Below are positions 29,335 through 39,040 of a stretch of DNA of 64,000 nt, in pieces. The number at the start of each line of letters is the position of its first letter. The stretch's first letter is position 1. The stretch spans positions 1,917 through 65,916 of the forward strand of contig CAXMMT010000010.1 of assembly GCA_964194555.1 (NCBI GenBank). Reading direction: 5' to 3'. This DNA is from an uncultured Boseongicola sp. GTDB taxonomy: Bacteria; Actinomycetota; Acidimicrobiia; Spongiisociales; ZC4RG35. A program made the position numbers and the translations under genes. The notes beneath the pieces were generated by a model. It was given only the letters and a program-made list of their open reading frames with translations. It made no database searches and was not told where the DNA came from.

Positions 29335-31218
29335 ATGAGAAGAAGCTACTCCCGTCTTGAACAGCCACTTGTGAGAGAAAACGGCGACCTCCGGCCTGCC
29401 AGCTTCGAGGAGGCGATTGAGAAGACTGCAGTCGGGTTGAGCCCGCACCAGGGCGACTCCTTTGGCTTGTTCAGTTGCTCGAAGGCAACCAACGAGACTA
29501 ACTACATGGCCCAGAAGTTTGCCAGGCTCGTGATGAGCAGCAACAACATCGATAGCTGCAACCGTACTTGACACGCTCCATCCGTCGTCGGTCTGGCGGC
29601 AGTGTTCGGAGCGGGTGGGGGCACATGCTCCTATCGGGAGATCGAGGAGACCGATCTCATCATCATGTGGGGTTCCAACGCGCGCGAAGCCCACCCCATC
29701 TTCTTTCATCATGTCCTCAAAGGAGTGCGCAACGGTGCCCGGATGTTTGCCATCGACCCACGGCGCACTTCGTCGGCAGCGTGGGCCGACGTCTGGCTGG
29801 GCATCGACGTCGGATCTGACATCGCCCTGGCCAATGCGGTGGGCAGGGAGATCATCCACCGTGGACTGACGAACCAGGAGTTCATCGACGAGGCCACCGA
29901 GGGGTTCGACGACTACGCCGCGTCGGTTGAGGAATACACCCTCGAGAAGGCCGAGGAGATCACCGGCGTCCCGGCCGAGGCAATAGGCCAACTCGCCCAC
30001 GAGTACGCCCAGGCCAAGACCGCCCAGATCTGTTGGACGCTCGGGATCACTGAACATCACACCGGCACCGACAATGTCCTTGCCCTGATCAACCTCGCCC
30101 TGCTCACCGGCCACGTCGGTCGATATGGGTCCGGGTTGGTTCCGCTGAGGGGTCAGAACAACGTGCAGGGCGGCGGCGATATGGGCGCTCTGCCCAACAA
30201 ACTTCCTGGTTTTCAGGACGTAGAGGATGACGCGAAGAGGGCGAGATTCGAGGCGGTATGGGGTGCCGAGATTCCGGCAAAGGCCGGCAAGCACATCAGT
30301 CTCATGCATGAGGCGATGGATGAGGGGGATCTCACCGCCCTCTACATCATCGGTGAGAACCCTCTCCAATCCGAAGCCGACAGCACCGAGATGCTACGAC
30401 GACTCACCAACCTCGACTTCCTCGTGGTTCAGGACATCTTTCTCACCGCAACGGCGGATCTGGCCGATGTTGTGCTCCCCGCTGCCGGCTGGGGGGAGAC
30501 GGAAGGGACCTTCACGTCGAGCGAACGCCGGGTGCAGAGGGTTCGCAAAGCCATTGACCCACCAGGCGAGGCTCGGGACGACATCGCCATTCTCTCGGAT
30601 GTGGCACGCGCGATGGGTCATCACTGGCCCACGCTGAGCGCCGAGGAAGCCTGGGACGAGATGCGTCAACTTTCACCACTTCACGGGGGGATGAGCTATG
30701 AGCGGCTGGATGAGTCCGGAGGACTTCAGTGGCCTTGTCCCGATCTCGACCATCCTGGCTCGCTCTTCCTCCACGGCCGTCTCTGGGAGAGACCCATCTC
30801 CGGTCGCCGTGCACCGTTTCACGCGGTTGAGGATGTCCCACCGGCGGACACCCTGACGGAGGAGTTTCCGATCCGTCTCACCACGGGGCGACGTCTCGAC
30901 TCCTTCAACACAGGCGTGCAGACGGGCCGTTACTCCTCACCCCGGAGAATTCCAGGCGTACTCGACCTGTCACCGGAGGACGGAGCGTCCCTCGGAGTCT
31001 CTGAGGGAGATGATGTGACCGTTACCTCCCGCCGGGGAAGTCTCGAGGCTCCGGTTCGCTTCGACCGTTCCCTTCGTCCTGGTTTGGCTTTCATGTCGGT
31101 CCATTTCCCCGACGATGTCGATGTAAACGTCCTCACCCTCGATACCTGGGATCCGAAATCGGGCACGGCCGAATTCAAGGCAACAGCCATCAGGGTCGAA
31201 CCTCTGGTTTCCGTCTGA
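29335..31218 (+). CDS. fdhA: formate dehydrogenase catalytic (molybdopterin, MopB) subunit with in-frame TGA read as selenocysteine
   Basis: ATG 29335 preceded by gagaggaggtgaag. ORFs 29080..29571 and 29602..31218 share one frame and are separated only by TGA 29569-29571. IDSCNRT-[TGA]-HAPSVVGLAAVFG aligns with E. coli FdhF ...CCARV-U-HGPSVAGL. The protein lacks the N-terminal 4Fe-4S segment. Confidence 0.8.
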
Positions 31219-32987
31219 TGGATCTTCGCGCGCTTCTCGATCGTCCCACGGAAACGGAGCGTCAGGCCGTGGATGACCTTCTCGGTCCGGGAGATGAGTT
31301 CAATGGTCGGGTCGCCTATGGAGGCCAGGAGGCACGGGCGCAGAGACACATGCTCTTGCCCGCGCTTCATGCTGTACAGGACGCCACCGGATCGGTGAGC
31401 CGGGGGGCGCTCGGCTACATCTCGGAACGGCTCACCATCCCACCCGCCGACGCATACGGTGTTGCCACCTTCTACTCCCTGTTCGACACCGACCAGCCAG
31501 GAGGGACAGCCATCCATGTCTGTGATGACATTGTCTGCTCCCAGTATGGGGCTGAGGATCTGATGCAGACACTGGAGGGTTCCGGGCTCGCCTGGGAGGC
31601 AAGCCCCTGTCTCGGCCAGTGTGAGCGTGCACCGGCGGTGATGTTTCACCAGCCCGGCGAGGGTTATGGGAACGCCGCCCCGGTCGACTCCGACACGGTC
31701 GACAATGTCATCTTCGATGAGCTTCCACCAGGTGCGGTTCACCAGGATCCATCTCAACTGCGACTGCTGAGACGGATCGGCCGTGTCGATCCGACCAGCC
31801 TCGAGGCCTATCGGGAGTCCGGCGGATATCAGACTCTGACCCGGGCGATCGAGCTCGGTCCTGAGGGTGTCATCTCAGCTCTGGACCAATCTGGCCTGAA
31901 GGGCCGGGGTGGGGCCGCCTTTCCGATTGGCGTCAAGTGGCGGGGGGTGGCGGATGCGCCAGGACCGATCAAGTACGTCATAGCAAACGGTGACGAGTCC
32001 GAGCCGGGTACCTTCAAGGACCGTCTTCTGATGGAGGGCGACCCGTTTGCCGTCGTTGAGGCGATGACGATATATGGCTTCGCCACCGGCTCCACCAGGG
32101 GATACATCTACGTGCGCGGCGAGTATCCAACCGCTGAGAAACGTCTTCGAGATGCCATCGTCATGGCAGCGAAGACCGGCCTGCTCGGCACGGACGTGGC
32201 CGGTGCCGGTTTCGACTTCGATCTCGAAGTGAGAAGAGGCGCCGGCGCCTACATCTGTGGTGAGGAGACGGCTTTGTTTGCCTCGATCGAAGGCTATCGG
32301 GGCGAGCCCAGGCAGAAACCGCCCTTCCCCACCCAGCATGGTGTGTTTGGAAAGCCCACCGGGATCAACAACATCGAGACGCTGCTGGCAACGCTCGAGG
32401 TCATCACGGTCGGAGCCGACGAGTTCGCTCAGGTGGGAACCAAGCACTCCACGGGTCCCAAGCTGTTCTGCGTTTCCGGTGCGATTGAGAAGCCGGGCGT
32501 GTTCGAGGTTCCATTCGGCATCACATTGGGAGAGATCATGGCTCTGGCAGGTGGTGTGAAAAACGGGCTCGGATTAGGCGCCGTTCTTCTCGGAGGCGCC
32601 GCCGGGGTGTTTGTCGATTCCTCTTCTCTAGAAATGCCGCTGACTTTTGAGGACACACGGGAAGCTGGGGCCACTCTGGGGTCGGGTGCGGTGATCGTCT
32701 TCGATGAGAACTGTGACTTTGGCCCCGTGTTGAGACGCATCGCCCGGTTCTTCAGTGACGAGTCGTGCGGCCAATGTGTCCCCTGTCGGATCGGAACCGT
32801 TCGCCAGTCCGAGTCGCTGGCCCGACTTGGCGCCGGTGAGACTTTCGGGACTGTTGCCGATGAGTTGGAGCGTCTCGACGATCTGGCCAGGGTGATGACT
32901 GACGCCTCGATCTGTGGACTGGGTCAGACGGCGTCCTCGGCGATTCAGTCGGCGATTCGTCTTCAGCTTCGGGGAGCACCGGCATGA
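31218..32987 (+). CDS. fused NuoE-like (2Fe-2S) / NuoF-like (FMN, NAD, 4Fe-4S) diaphorase subunit of NAD-dependent formate dehydrogenase
   Basis: 589 aa. CDDIVC...CLGQCERAP (NuoE-type), GAGAYICGEETALFASIEG (NuoF FMN site), ESCGQCVPCR (4Fe-4S). ATG overlaps the fdhA TGA. Confidence 0.85.
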   Translation: MDLRALLDRPTETERQAVDDLLGPGDEFNGRVAYGGQEARAQRHMLLPALHAVQDATGSVSRGALGYISERLTIPPADAYGVATFYSLFDTDQPGGTAIHVCDDIVCSQYGAEDLMQTLEGSGLAWEASPCLGQCERAPAVMFHQPGEGYGNAAPVDSDTVDNVIFDELPPGAVHQDPSQLRLLRRIGRVDPTSLEAYRESGGYQTLTRAIELGPEGVISALDQSGLKGRGGAAFPIGVKWRGVADAPGPIKYVIANGDESEPGTFKDRLLMEGDPFAVVEAMTIYGFATGSTRGYIYVRGEYPTAEKRLRDAIVMAAKTGLLGTDVAGAGFDFDLEVRRGAGAYICGEETALFASIEGYRGEPRQKPPFPTQHGVFGKPTGINNIETLLATLEVITVGADEFAQVGTKHSTGPKLFCVSGAIEKPGVFEVPFGITLGEIMALAGGVKNGLGLGAVLLGGAAGVFVDSSSLEMPLTFEDTREAGATLGSGAVIVFDENCDFGPVLRRIARFFSDESCGQCVPCRIGTVRQSESLARLGAGETFGTVADELERLDDLARVMTDASICGLGQTASSAIQSAIRLQLRGAPA

Positions 32988-33847
32988 CCCTCACCGAGCG
33001 CGAGACGTCGACGATCACTGCTCAGGTGAATGGCGAGACCGTAGAGGTGCCTGAGGGGTCGACGATTCTCGACGCGTGTCGAGAGGTGGGACTGGATCTG
33101 CCCACCCTCTGCTACGGGCCCACGATGACAGCGGCAAACGCATGCCGTGTCTGCGTGGTCGAGCTGGAGGGTTCGCGCACGCTCGTCCCGTCTTGCTCCC
33201 GGGCTCTCGAGGATGGGATGGTGATCAGAACCGGGACGGAGCGTGCTGAGCACAGCCGTCGACTCGTTCTGGAGCTTTTGGGCTCGGCAAGCGAGCTCGA
33301 CAGGTCGGGTGATCAGCTCGACTCGTGGATGCGGGCTGCGAAGGCCGAAGCAGGTCGGTTTGGCCCAAATGCGGCGACCGTGGCCACACCGCCCAAGATC
33401 GAAGACGACCTCTATGTTCGGGACTACGGCCGCTGCATCCTCTGCTACCGATGTGTGGACGCCTGTGGCGTCGAGCACCAGAACACCTTTGCCATAACGG
33501 TTGCAGGAAGGGGTTTCGATGCCCACATCGCAACTGAGTTCGACGTCGCCCTGCCTGATTCGGCATGTGTCTACTGTGGAAACTGCATCGCAGTCTGCCC
33601 GACCGGCGCCCTTGTGGGTCGAGTGGAGTTCGACATGCGCAGAGATGACACCTGGGATGAGTCGCGTCAGGAGGTGACCAGGACGGTCTGCACCTATTGC
33701 GGTGTCGGTTGCAACCTCGACCTGCATACCCAGGACGGAGAGATCGTCAGCGTGACATCACCCCACGATCACGACGTGACCCTCGGGAATCTGTGCATCA
33801 AGGGTCGATTTGGGTGGAGCTACGTCAGCAGCACCAAAGATGACTGA
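32984..33847 (+). CDS. NuoG-like Fe-S protein carrying the N-terminal segment of the FDH alpha subunit (2Fe-2S, 4Fe-4S clusters and the MopB 4Fe-4S motif)
   Basis: 287 aa. 2Fe-2S ferredoxin N-terminus (CYGPTMTAANACRVC), CILCYRCVDAC, CVYCGNCIAVCP, and a terminal CTYCGVGCNLDL...LCIKGRFGW. The last motif is normally the first about 55 residues of the molybdopterin subunit. Confidence 0.8.
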   Translation: MTLTERETSTITAQVNGETVEVPEGSTILDACREVGLDLPTLCYGPTMTAANACRVCVVELEGSRTLVPSCSRALEDGMVIRTGTERAEHSRRLVLELLGSASELDRSGDQLDSWMRAAKAEAGRFGPNAATVATPPKIEDDLYVRDYGRCILCYRCVDACGVEHQNTFAITVAGRGFDAHIATEFDVALPDSACVYCGNCIAVCPTGALVGRVEFDMRRDDTWDESRQEVTRTVCTYCGVGCNLDLHTQDGEIVSVTSPHDHDVTLGNLCIKGRFGWSYVSSTKDD

Positions 33848-34649
33848 CCAGGTCACTACCCATAGGGTCCTTCGATTCCGGGGCGATGCAGTAGTTGTCG
33901 AGGACGATCTGGTCGTTGAGGAACCCGTCGAGATACGGCTAGAGGGCGTGCCTCTGGCGGTTGTCATGCGGACTCCAGGTGATGATGCTGATCTGATACT
34001 CGGCTTTGCCATCACCGAGGGGATCGTTCCCGGCCCTGAGGCGGTCTCCAACGTGCGATCGCTTGGCGACGGCCGGTGGAGTCTCGATCTGGCAGATGGG
34101 TTCTCGGTCGACCCTGAGCAGTTCAAGCGCAATTTCTATGCGACGTCGTCGTGTGGTGTTTGCGGGAAGGCTTCGATAGACGCGATCCGGGTGGCGGGTT
34201 CGCGACCATCTCCGGGCCCTGTGGTCGACGCCGAAACGATCCTCGCACTGCCACCGCTTCTTCTCGAGCGTCAGGCTGCCTTTCGCTCGACCGGCGGTCT
34301 TCATGCAGCTGCCGCTTTTGACCCTTCCGGTGTGATCGTGGCCGTCCGCGAGGACATAGGCCGTCACAACGCGGTCGACAAGGTTGTCGGCCATCTCGCC
34401 AGCGAAGGCTGGCCGCTCCCGTCGCTGGGCCTGATCGTCTCCGGGCGGGTGTCGTTTGAGATCGTGCAGAAGGCGGCCGTGGCCGGGATCTCGCTGCTGT
34501 GCGGTGTTTCGGCAGCATCCAGTCTCGCCGTCGAACTGGGCGAGGAATTCGGGATGACTGTGGTCGGGTTTCTCCGCGACGGAGGGTTCACGGTGTACTG
34601 CGGTGAGGAACGGATCAGCGGCCTAGGGGAGCGGTTCGGCCTCGAATAG
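33840..34649 (+). CDS. fdhD: formate dehydrogenase accessory sulfurtransferase FdhD
   Basis: Start ATG 33840 overlaps the upstream stop. SSCGVCGKASID and GGLHAAA motifs; 269 aa. Confidence 0.85.
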   Translation: MTDQVTTHRVLRFRGDAVVVEDDLVVEEPVEIRLEGVPLAVVMRTPGDDADLILGFAITEGIVPGPEAVSNVRSLGDGRWSLDLADGFSVDPEQFKRNFYATSSCGVCGKASIDAIRVAGSRPSPGPVVDAETILALPPLLLERQAAFRSTGGLHAAAAFDPSGVIVAVREDIGRHNAVDKVVGHLASEGWPLPSLGLIVSGRVSFEIVQKAAVAGISLLCGVSAASSLAVELGEEFGMTVVGFLRDGGFTVYCGEERISGLGERFGLE

Positions 34650-35177
34650 GAACTGGCCTTCGGAGTTCCGGAGGTGGAAGCTTTCTCGAATGATCACCCA
34701 CCGTCCCGCCTGAAGGAGCAGATCGATGTGCTCCTCCTCCTGTTCCATGACGGCCTCGTCCTCGCAGGCGATCTCGGTCCAGGTGAGTTCGTTGAGCATG
34801 ATCACCTGACCGTCGTTGACGTCGGGTACACCTGACTCGAACTCGTCGTAGGCGCCTTCGGTTTCCCAGGTTCCTTGGTAGTCGTTGCAGCCGGTTGTCC
34901 CCGAGACCGTCCCATCTGCTGCGAATGCGATCGTGATCTCGGTTTTCCAGACATTGGTGAAGCTCCCGGAAGGCAGGATGTAGTTGGTGACGTTCCAATC
35001 GGTCCCGGCGAGTTCAGGAGCGGGCACTGCGTTTTGCGTGGCCGTTGACGGTGGCGCCGTAACGGCAGCGACGGCCGCTGGGGCAGCTGTTGTGGTGGGC
35101 TCATCGGAGGTAGCTGCTTCACCGCAAGCTGCCAGAGTGATGGTGACCGCAATCACGCTTACCCATCGTGAGCTCAT
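34623..35177 (-). CDS. META-domain (HslJ-like) lipoprotein
   Basis: 184 aa. Lipobox LAACG. LAGTDWNVTNY...GTTGCNDYQGTWE is the META domain pattern. The 3' end overlaps fdhD convergently by 27 nt. Confidence 0.65.
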   Translation of the reverse strand: MSSRWVSVIAVTITLAACGEAATSDEPTTTAAPAAVAAVTAPPSTATQNAVPAPELAGTDWNVTNYILPSGSFTNVWKTEITIAFAADGTVSGTTGCNDYQGTWETEGAYDEFESGVPDVNDGQVIMLNELTWTEIACEDEAVMEQEEEHIDLLLQAGRWVIIRESFHLRNSEGQFLFEAEPLP

Positions 35178-35187
35178 TTGGCCAAGC

Positions 35188-35350
35188 TAGTGGCCTGTCG
35201 CCCCAATAGCTACGCGATCTCACCGGCCCTCGACGTCCCTGGCGGCGTCCTCCGCCTCGACGCAGCTACGGCTGCGCCTTCGTTGTGCGTTCTGGCCAGA
35301 TGACGTCGATGACTCGGTGACACCGCGATCAATTGAGCGACAGACCACTA
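35188..35350. repeat. MITE-like element with imperfect terminal inverted repeats
   Basis: The left end tagtggcctgtcgcc (35188-35202) is the inverted complement of the right end agcgacagaccacta (35336-35350; 13/15 match). Looser complementarity continues for about 38 nt. The right 81 nt recur at 40580-40662. Confidence 0.45.
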
Positions 35351-35351
35351 T

Positions 35352-37121
35352 TCAAAACAACCCGACGACGTTGCCTTCCTTGTCGATGTCCACCTGCATG
35401 TATGCGGGCTTGGTACCGAGACCGGGCATGGTTCTCATCTCTCCGAGAAGGGGGTAGATGAATCCGGCGCCGACTGAGGCTCTCACTTCCCTGACCGGAA
35501 TCGTGAATCCCTTCGGAGCGCCTTTCAACGTCGGATCGTGACTGATCGACAGATGGGTTTTCGCCATGCAGATCGGCAGGTATCCGAATCCTGCCTCCTC
35601 GAAGTCGGCGATCTGTCTTTCGGCTTTGGTTGAGTATTCGACCTCGCCCGCCCCGTAGACGTTCTTGGCGATGGTTTCGATCTTGGTCTTGATGGATTGA
35701 TCCAGCGGATACAGATACTTGAAGTCACCGGGCTGATCGCAAGCCTCGACCACGGCTTCAGCCAATTCCAGAGCACCGCTACCACCCTCGGCATGGTGGT
35801 CGGTGGTCACAGCGGCCGTTGCTCCGGCAGCGAGCGAGATCTCCTTGATTAGATCGTGCTCATGTTTCGAGTCGGTGGGGAACCGGTTGATGGCCACTAC
35901 CAGGGGCACACCGAAGCTCCGGGCTGATGCAATATGAGACTTCAAGTTGGCCATGCCCGCCCGCAGCAGCGGAAGGTTCTCTTCGGTGTAGGCCGGGTCG
36001 AGGGGGCGACCGGCAACCACCTTGGGACCGCCGCCGTGGGTCTTCAGCGCCCTGACCGTCGCCACCATGACGACACAGTCCGGTTTCAGCCCTGATACCC
36101 GGCATTTGATGTCGAAGAACTTCTCCATGCCCATGTCGGCGCCGAAACCGGACTCCGTGACGACATAGTCACCGAGATGAAGGGCCATCCGGTCGGCAAG
36201 GATCGACGAGTTGCCGTGGGCGATGTGGGCGAAGGGCCCGGCGTGGACAAAGGCAGCCTGGCCTTCCAGAGTCTGCATCAGGGTGGGGTGCAAAGTCTCC
36301 CGCATCAGTACGGCGACCGCACCTGCGACTCCAAGGTCCTCGAGGGTTATCGGCGTCCCGTCCTTGGCCGAGCCGATGACCACTCGCCCGCACCGATCTC
36401 GGAGGTTCTTCAAGGCGGAGGCGTAGTCGGCACCGTCTACCAGGGCGAGAATTGCCATTAGCTCGCTGGTGGCTGTGATGTCGTAGCCACTCTCTCGTGG
36501 TCGTCCATCAGCTGATCCGCCCAGGCCGAGCACAATGTTGCGGAGCGCCCGATCGTTCACATCCACCACCCGGCGCCAGCTGATTTTGTCCGGGTCGATG
36601 GCGAGTCGTTTCAGCCCCAACTCTTCCAATCGCTCATCGGTGAGCCGGCCTTCGTGATACCAGCGGGCATCGATGGCGGCCGCCACTAGATTGTGCGCCA
36701 CTGTGATGGCATGCATGTCGCCGGTGAGGTGGAGATTGAACTCGTCCATCGGGACGACCTGGCTGTAGCCCCCTCCCGCGGCCCCGCCCTTGATACCGAA
36801 AGTGGGGCCCATACTGGGCTGTCGGATGCATGCAATCGAACGATGTCCGAGAATCCCCAGCCCTTGCACAAGACCGATCGCAGTGGTGGTCTTGCCTTCG
36901 CCGAGCGGTGTTGGGGTGATCGCGGTCACGTCGATGTACTTGCCCTTCGGGTTGGACCCGATTCTTCGCAGGGCGTCCAGATGGATCTTCGCCTTGGTGT
37001 CCCCGTAGGGAATGACGTCGCTCTCCTCGAGACCGACATCGAGGGCGATCTCGGTGATGGGTCGTACGTCGGCGGTGCGAGCGATCTCCAGATCACTGGG
37101 GAACGAAGGGTCAGAACTCAA
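35352..37121 (-). CDS. fhs: formate--tetrahydrofolate ligase
   Basis: 589 aa. PTPLGEGKTTT, the near-full-length FTHFS pattern, and C-terminal YPLLGEMRTMPGL. Confidence 0.92.
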   Translation of the reverse strand: MSSDPSFPSDLEIARTADVRPITEIALDVGLEESDVIPYGDTKAKIHLDALRRIGSNPKGKYIDVTAITPTPLGEGKTTTAIGLVQGLGILGHRSIACIRQPSMGPTFGIKGGAAGGGYSQVVPMDEFNLHLTGDMHAITVAHNLVAAAIDARWYHEGRLTDERLEELGLKRLAIDPDKISWRRVVDVNDRALRNIVLGLGGSADGRPRESGYDITATSELMAILALVDGADYASALKNLRDRCGRVVIGSAKDGTPITLEDLGVAGAVAVLMRETLHPTLMQTLEGQAAFVHAGPFAHIAHGNSSILADRMALHLGDYVVTESGFGADMGMEKFFDIKCRVSGLKPDCVVMVATVRALKTHGGGPKVVAGRPLDPAYTEENLPLLRAGMANLKSHIASARSFGVPLVVAINRFPTDSKHEHDLIKEISLAAGATAAVTTDHHAEGGSGALELAEAVVEACDQPGDFKYLYPLDQSIKTKIETIAKNVYGAGEVEYSTKAERQIADFEEAGFGYLPICMAKTHLSISHDPTLKGAPKGFTIPVREVRASVGAGFIYPLLGEMRTMPGLGTKPAYMQVDIDKEGNVVGLF

Positions 37122-37399
37122 TGTCTCTCATCTCCTCGCGAGTGCGTTGCCACGAAGCGGCGGTTTACGACACTACTTGTCGATCAGATCAAAGACTGCT
37201 GATGCCGAATCGGTCAAGAAGTGCGGCTTCGAGGAATGACGCCAGGTCGCCCCATTCGTCGCTCTCATCCAGTGGGTGTTCGTCGTAGACGGCATAGGTG
37301 GAGTCGATTGCAACCGGATCGTGGACCGATTCTGATTCCATCCAAGTCATGATCGATACGGTGATGCAAGGATCTGACGCCTCGCCATCGAACTAGGCG

Positions 37400-38673
37400 T
37401 TATGGAGGTTTTCCGTCGGTGATGTAGGTGTGACCGAGCCGGCTGGTCCATCGGTGGGTGCCGTTGGAGAGACGCTCGAGTTTCCAGCCGTTGTGTCTGA
37501 CTATGTGGTCATGACGACATAGCGGGGCGAGGTTGTCCTCTGTGGTGGGTCCACCATCCGCCCAGGCCTCTGGGTGGTCGAGATCGCAGTCGATAGCGGG
37601 CATGGGACATCCGGGGAACACACATGTCGGATATGCAGCATGAACGCCACGGGTCTGGGCTGCCGTAGGTCTGCGCTGTGTGGTGCCGGTGGAGACAATC
37701 TGACCGTTTTCACCGACGACGGAGTATCTCCACTCGGCATCCTCCTGTTCTTCGACCACCTTGCGGGCGATGTCAGCGATCACCGGGCCAAAACCGGGGA
37801 TCTCGGCCGGGTTGTCGTCGGTTCCGATGAGGGTGGCCAGATCGACCCGGATGTCGACAACGGCTCTTGATCCGGCGTCGTTCAACTCGACTCCGCTCAG
37901 AAGGTCGAGGAAGACATCGGCCCGAATCTGGTCGGTGGTACGGGGATCATCAGAGCGCTTCAGGCTTCTGGCCGTCTTGTTGATCCGTCGGGTGACACCA
38001 TTGACCCGATCCGGCGGCAGAGCCAACCCGAACAAACTGGCCGTCCCGTCAACCTCCGCTTGCGTGATGATCCGACGCCCATCAAGTGCATCCTCATATC
38101 TCGTTTTAGCCTCGTCGGGATCGGCTTCGACGCAGAGACGTCTGATCCAGGCAGCCAACTGGCCGGTGGTAAAACCGGAGCACGGTCGACAATCCTGTCC
38201 ACTACTTCACGGGCGGTCTGGTCGGAAAGGTGGGACGTGCCGTAGACGATGGTCCGGGCACGAGGAACATCGATCAGGCCTGTCAGCAAGAGTTCTTCCA
38301 CCCGAGGGAGACGGAGTCGAAGCTCCATGGCGAATCCGAGGGCGCTTTCGGCAACCCTTCGAGTCAGACGCAAATCCGCCCGAATCTCATCTGAAGCGAA
38401 CTCCTCCTCGTCGGAGCTTCGCTCCACTGGAGAGTTGGCATCGCCGGGCGGACAGAACGCGATTTCGACCATGTCGACCAACGAGGCAGCCTCGTAGTGG
38501 GCAGCAAGACGTTTGTGGGACTGCATCAGCCGCACCATGTCGTGGCCGTTCAACCGGGTTCGGTCGACGGCCGAGAGGATTGCGGCGAGATGTGGGCTGG
38601 GCGCAATCGTCTCCAGATCACCAGGCAACGTCTGTCGAAACGGCTCAACAGGGGCCTCGGTCTCGGCCATCAT
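37400..38673 (-). pseudogene. DUF222-HNH endonuclease (REP13E12-like) gene with a frameshift
   Basis: The DUF222 part (LRLTRRVAESALGFAMELRLRLPRVEELLLTGLIDVPRARTIV) is in the frame of ORF 37960..38967. The continuation TTGQLAAWIRRLCVEADP... and the HNH motif CDLDHPEAWADGGPTTEDNLAPLCRHDH are in the frame of ORF 37400..38158. The switch lies at about 38168-38176 (ggtaaaacc). Confidence 0.65.
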
Positions 38674-39040
38674 CAGCTTGGTCCTGACCGTTTTCCTGCG
38701 TATGGATCGGGACGTGGTCGAGGCGTCGACAACCATGCTGATCCGAGACGATTCTGGCCGCTTGCGCAGGCCCTCCACCACCGACCCGTCTAATACCTGG
38801 GAGTCCCAACCCACCGAGGACGAAGAGAACGCACTGCGTCTCAAGGTTCGCTGTCCGACTCTGGTCGCCAAGCCGAACACAGCGAGATGCACGTCGCCGA
38901 CGACAATCAGCGAGTCGCGGCGATCTACCCAAGAGGTGAAGCAGCGGTTGTCGAGGGGGCCGGCCACAACCTCGCGTACGAAAACACCGCATTCACCATC
39001 GATCTCATGAGAGATTTCATCACTCGTAAGTGACTACCCC

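Noticed and set aside
29174-29368. N-terminal extension of copB (up to 65 extra codons, including a CTCCRIC stretch)
   Set aside because: The extension runs into the fdhA promoter and start region and lacks P-type ATPase or HMA-domain features. The His-rich MEQPAGDHEH start fits CopB-type proteins better, although ATG 29221 cannot be excluded.
29278-30369. 363-aa ORF antisense to fdhA
   Set aside because: It lies entirely within and opposite a gene with strong family motifs. It has no recognisable domain and is a typical high-GC shadow ORF.
37122-37270. Possible ZTP (pfl) riboswitch upstream of fhs: ggggcgacctggcg resembles GGGUCGUGACUGGCG, and accgccgcttcgtggca resembles CCGCCUGGGCA
   Set aside because: I could not draw P1 or P2 helices. 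Both conserved strings carry indels relative to the consensus. GC-rich matches of this length are expected by chance. It needs cmsearch with RF01750 before any claim.
37189-37350. 53-codon acidic ORF on the minus strand (MTWMESESVHDPVAIDSTYAVYDEHPLDESDEWGDLASFLEAALLDRFGISSL) between the HNH pseudogene and fhs
   Set aside because: There is no Shine-Dalgarno sequence and no recognisable family. It is below the ORF-track size cut-off and overlaps the region considered above. It cannot be supported from sequence alone.
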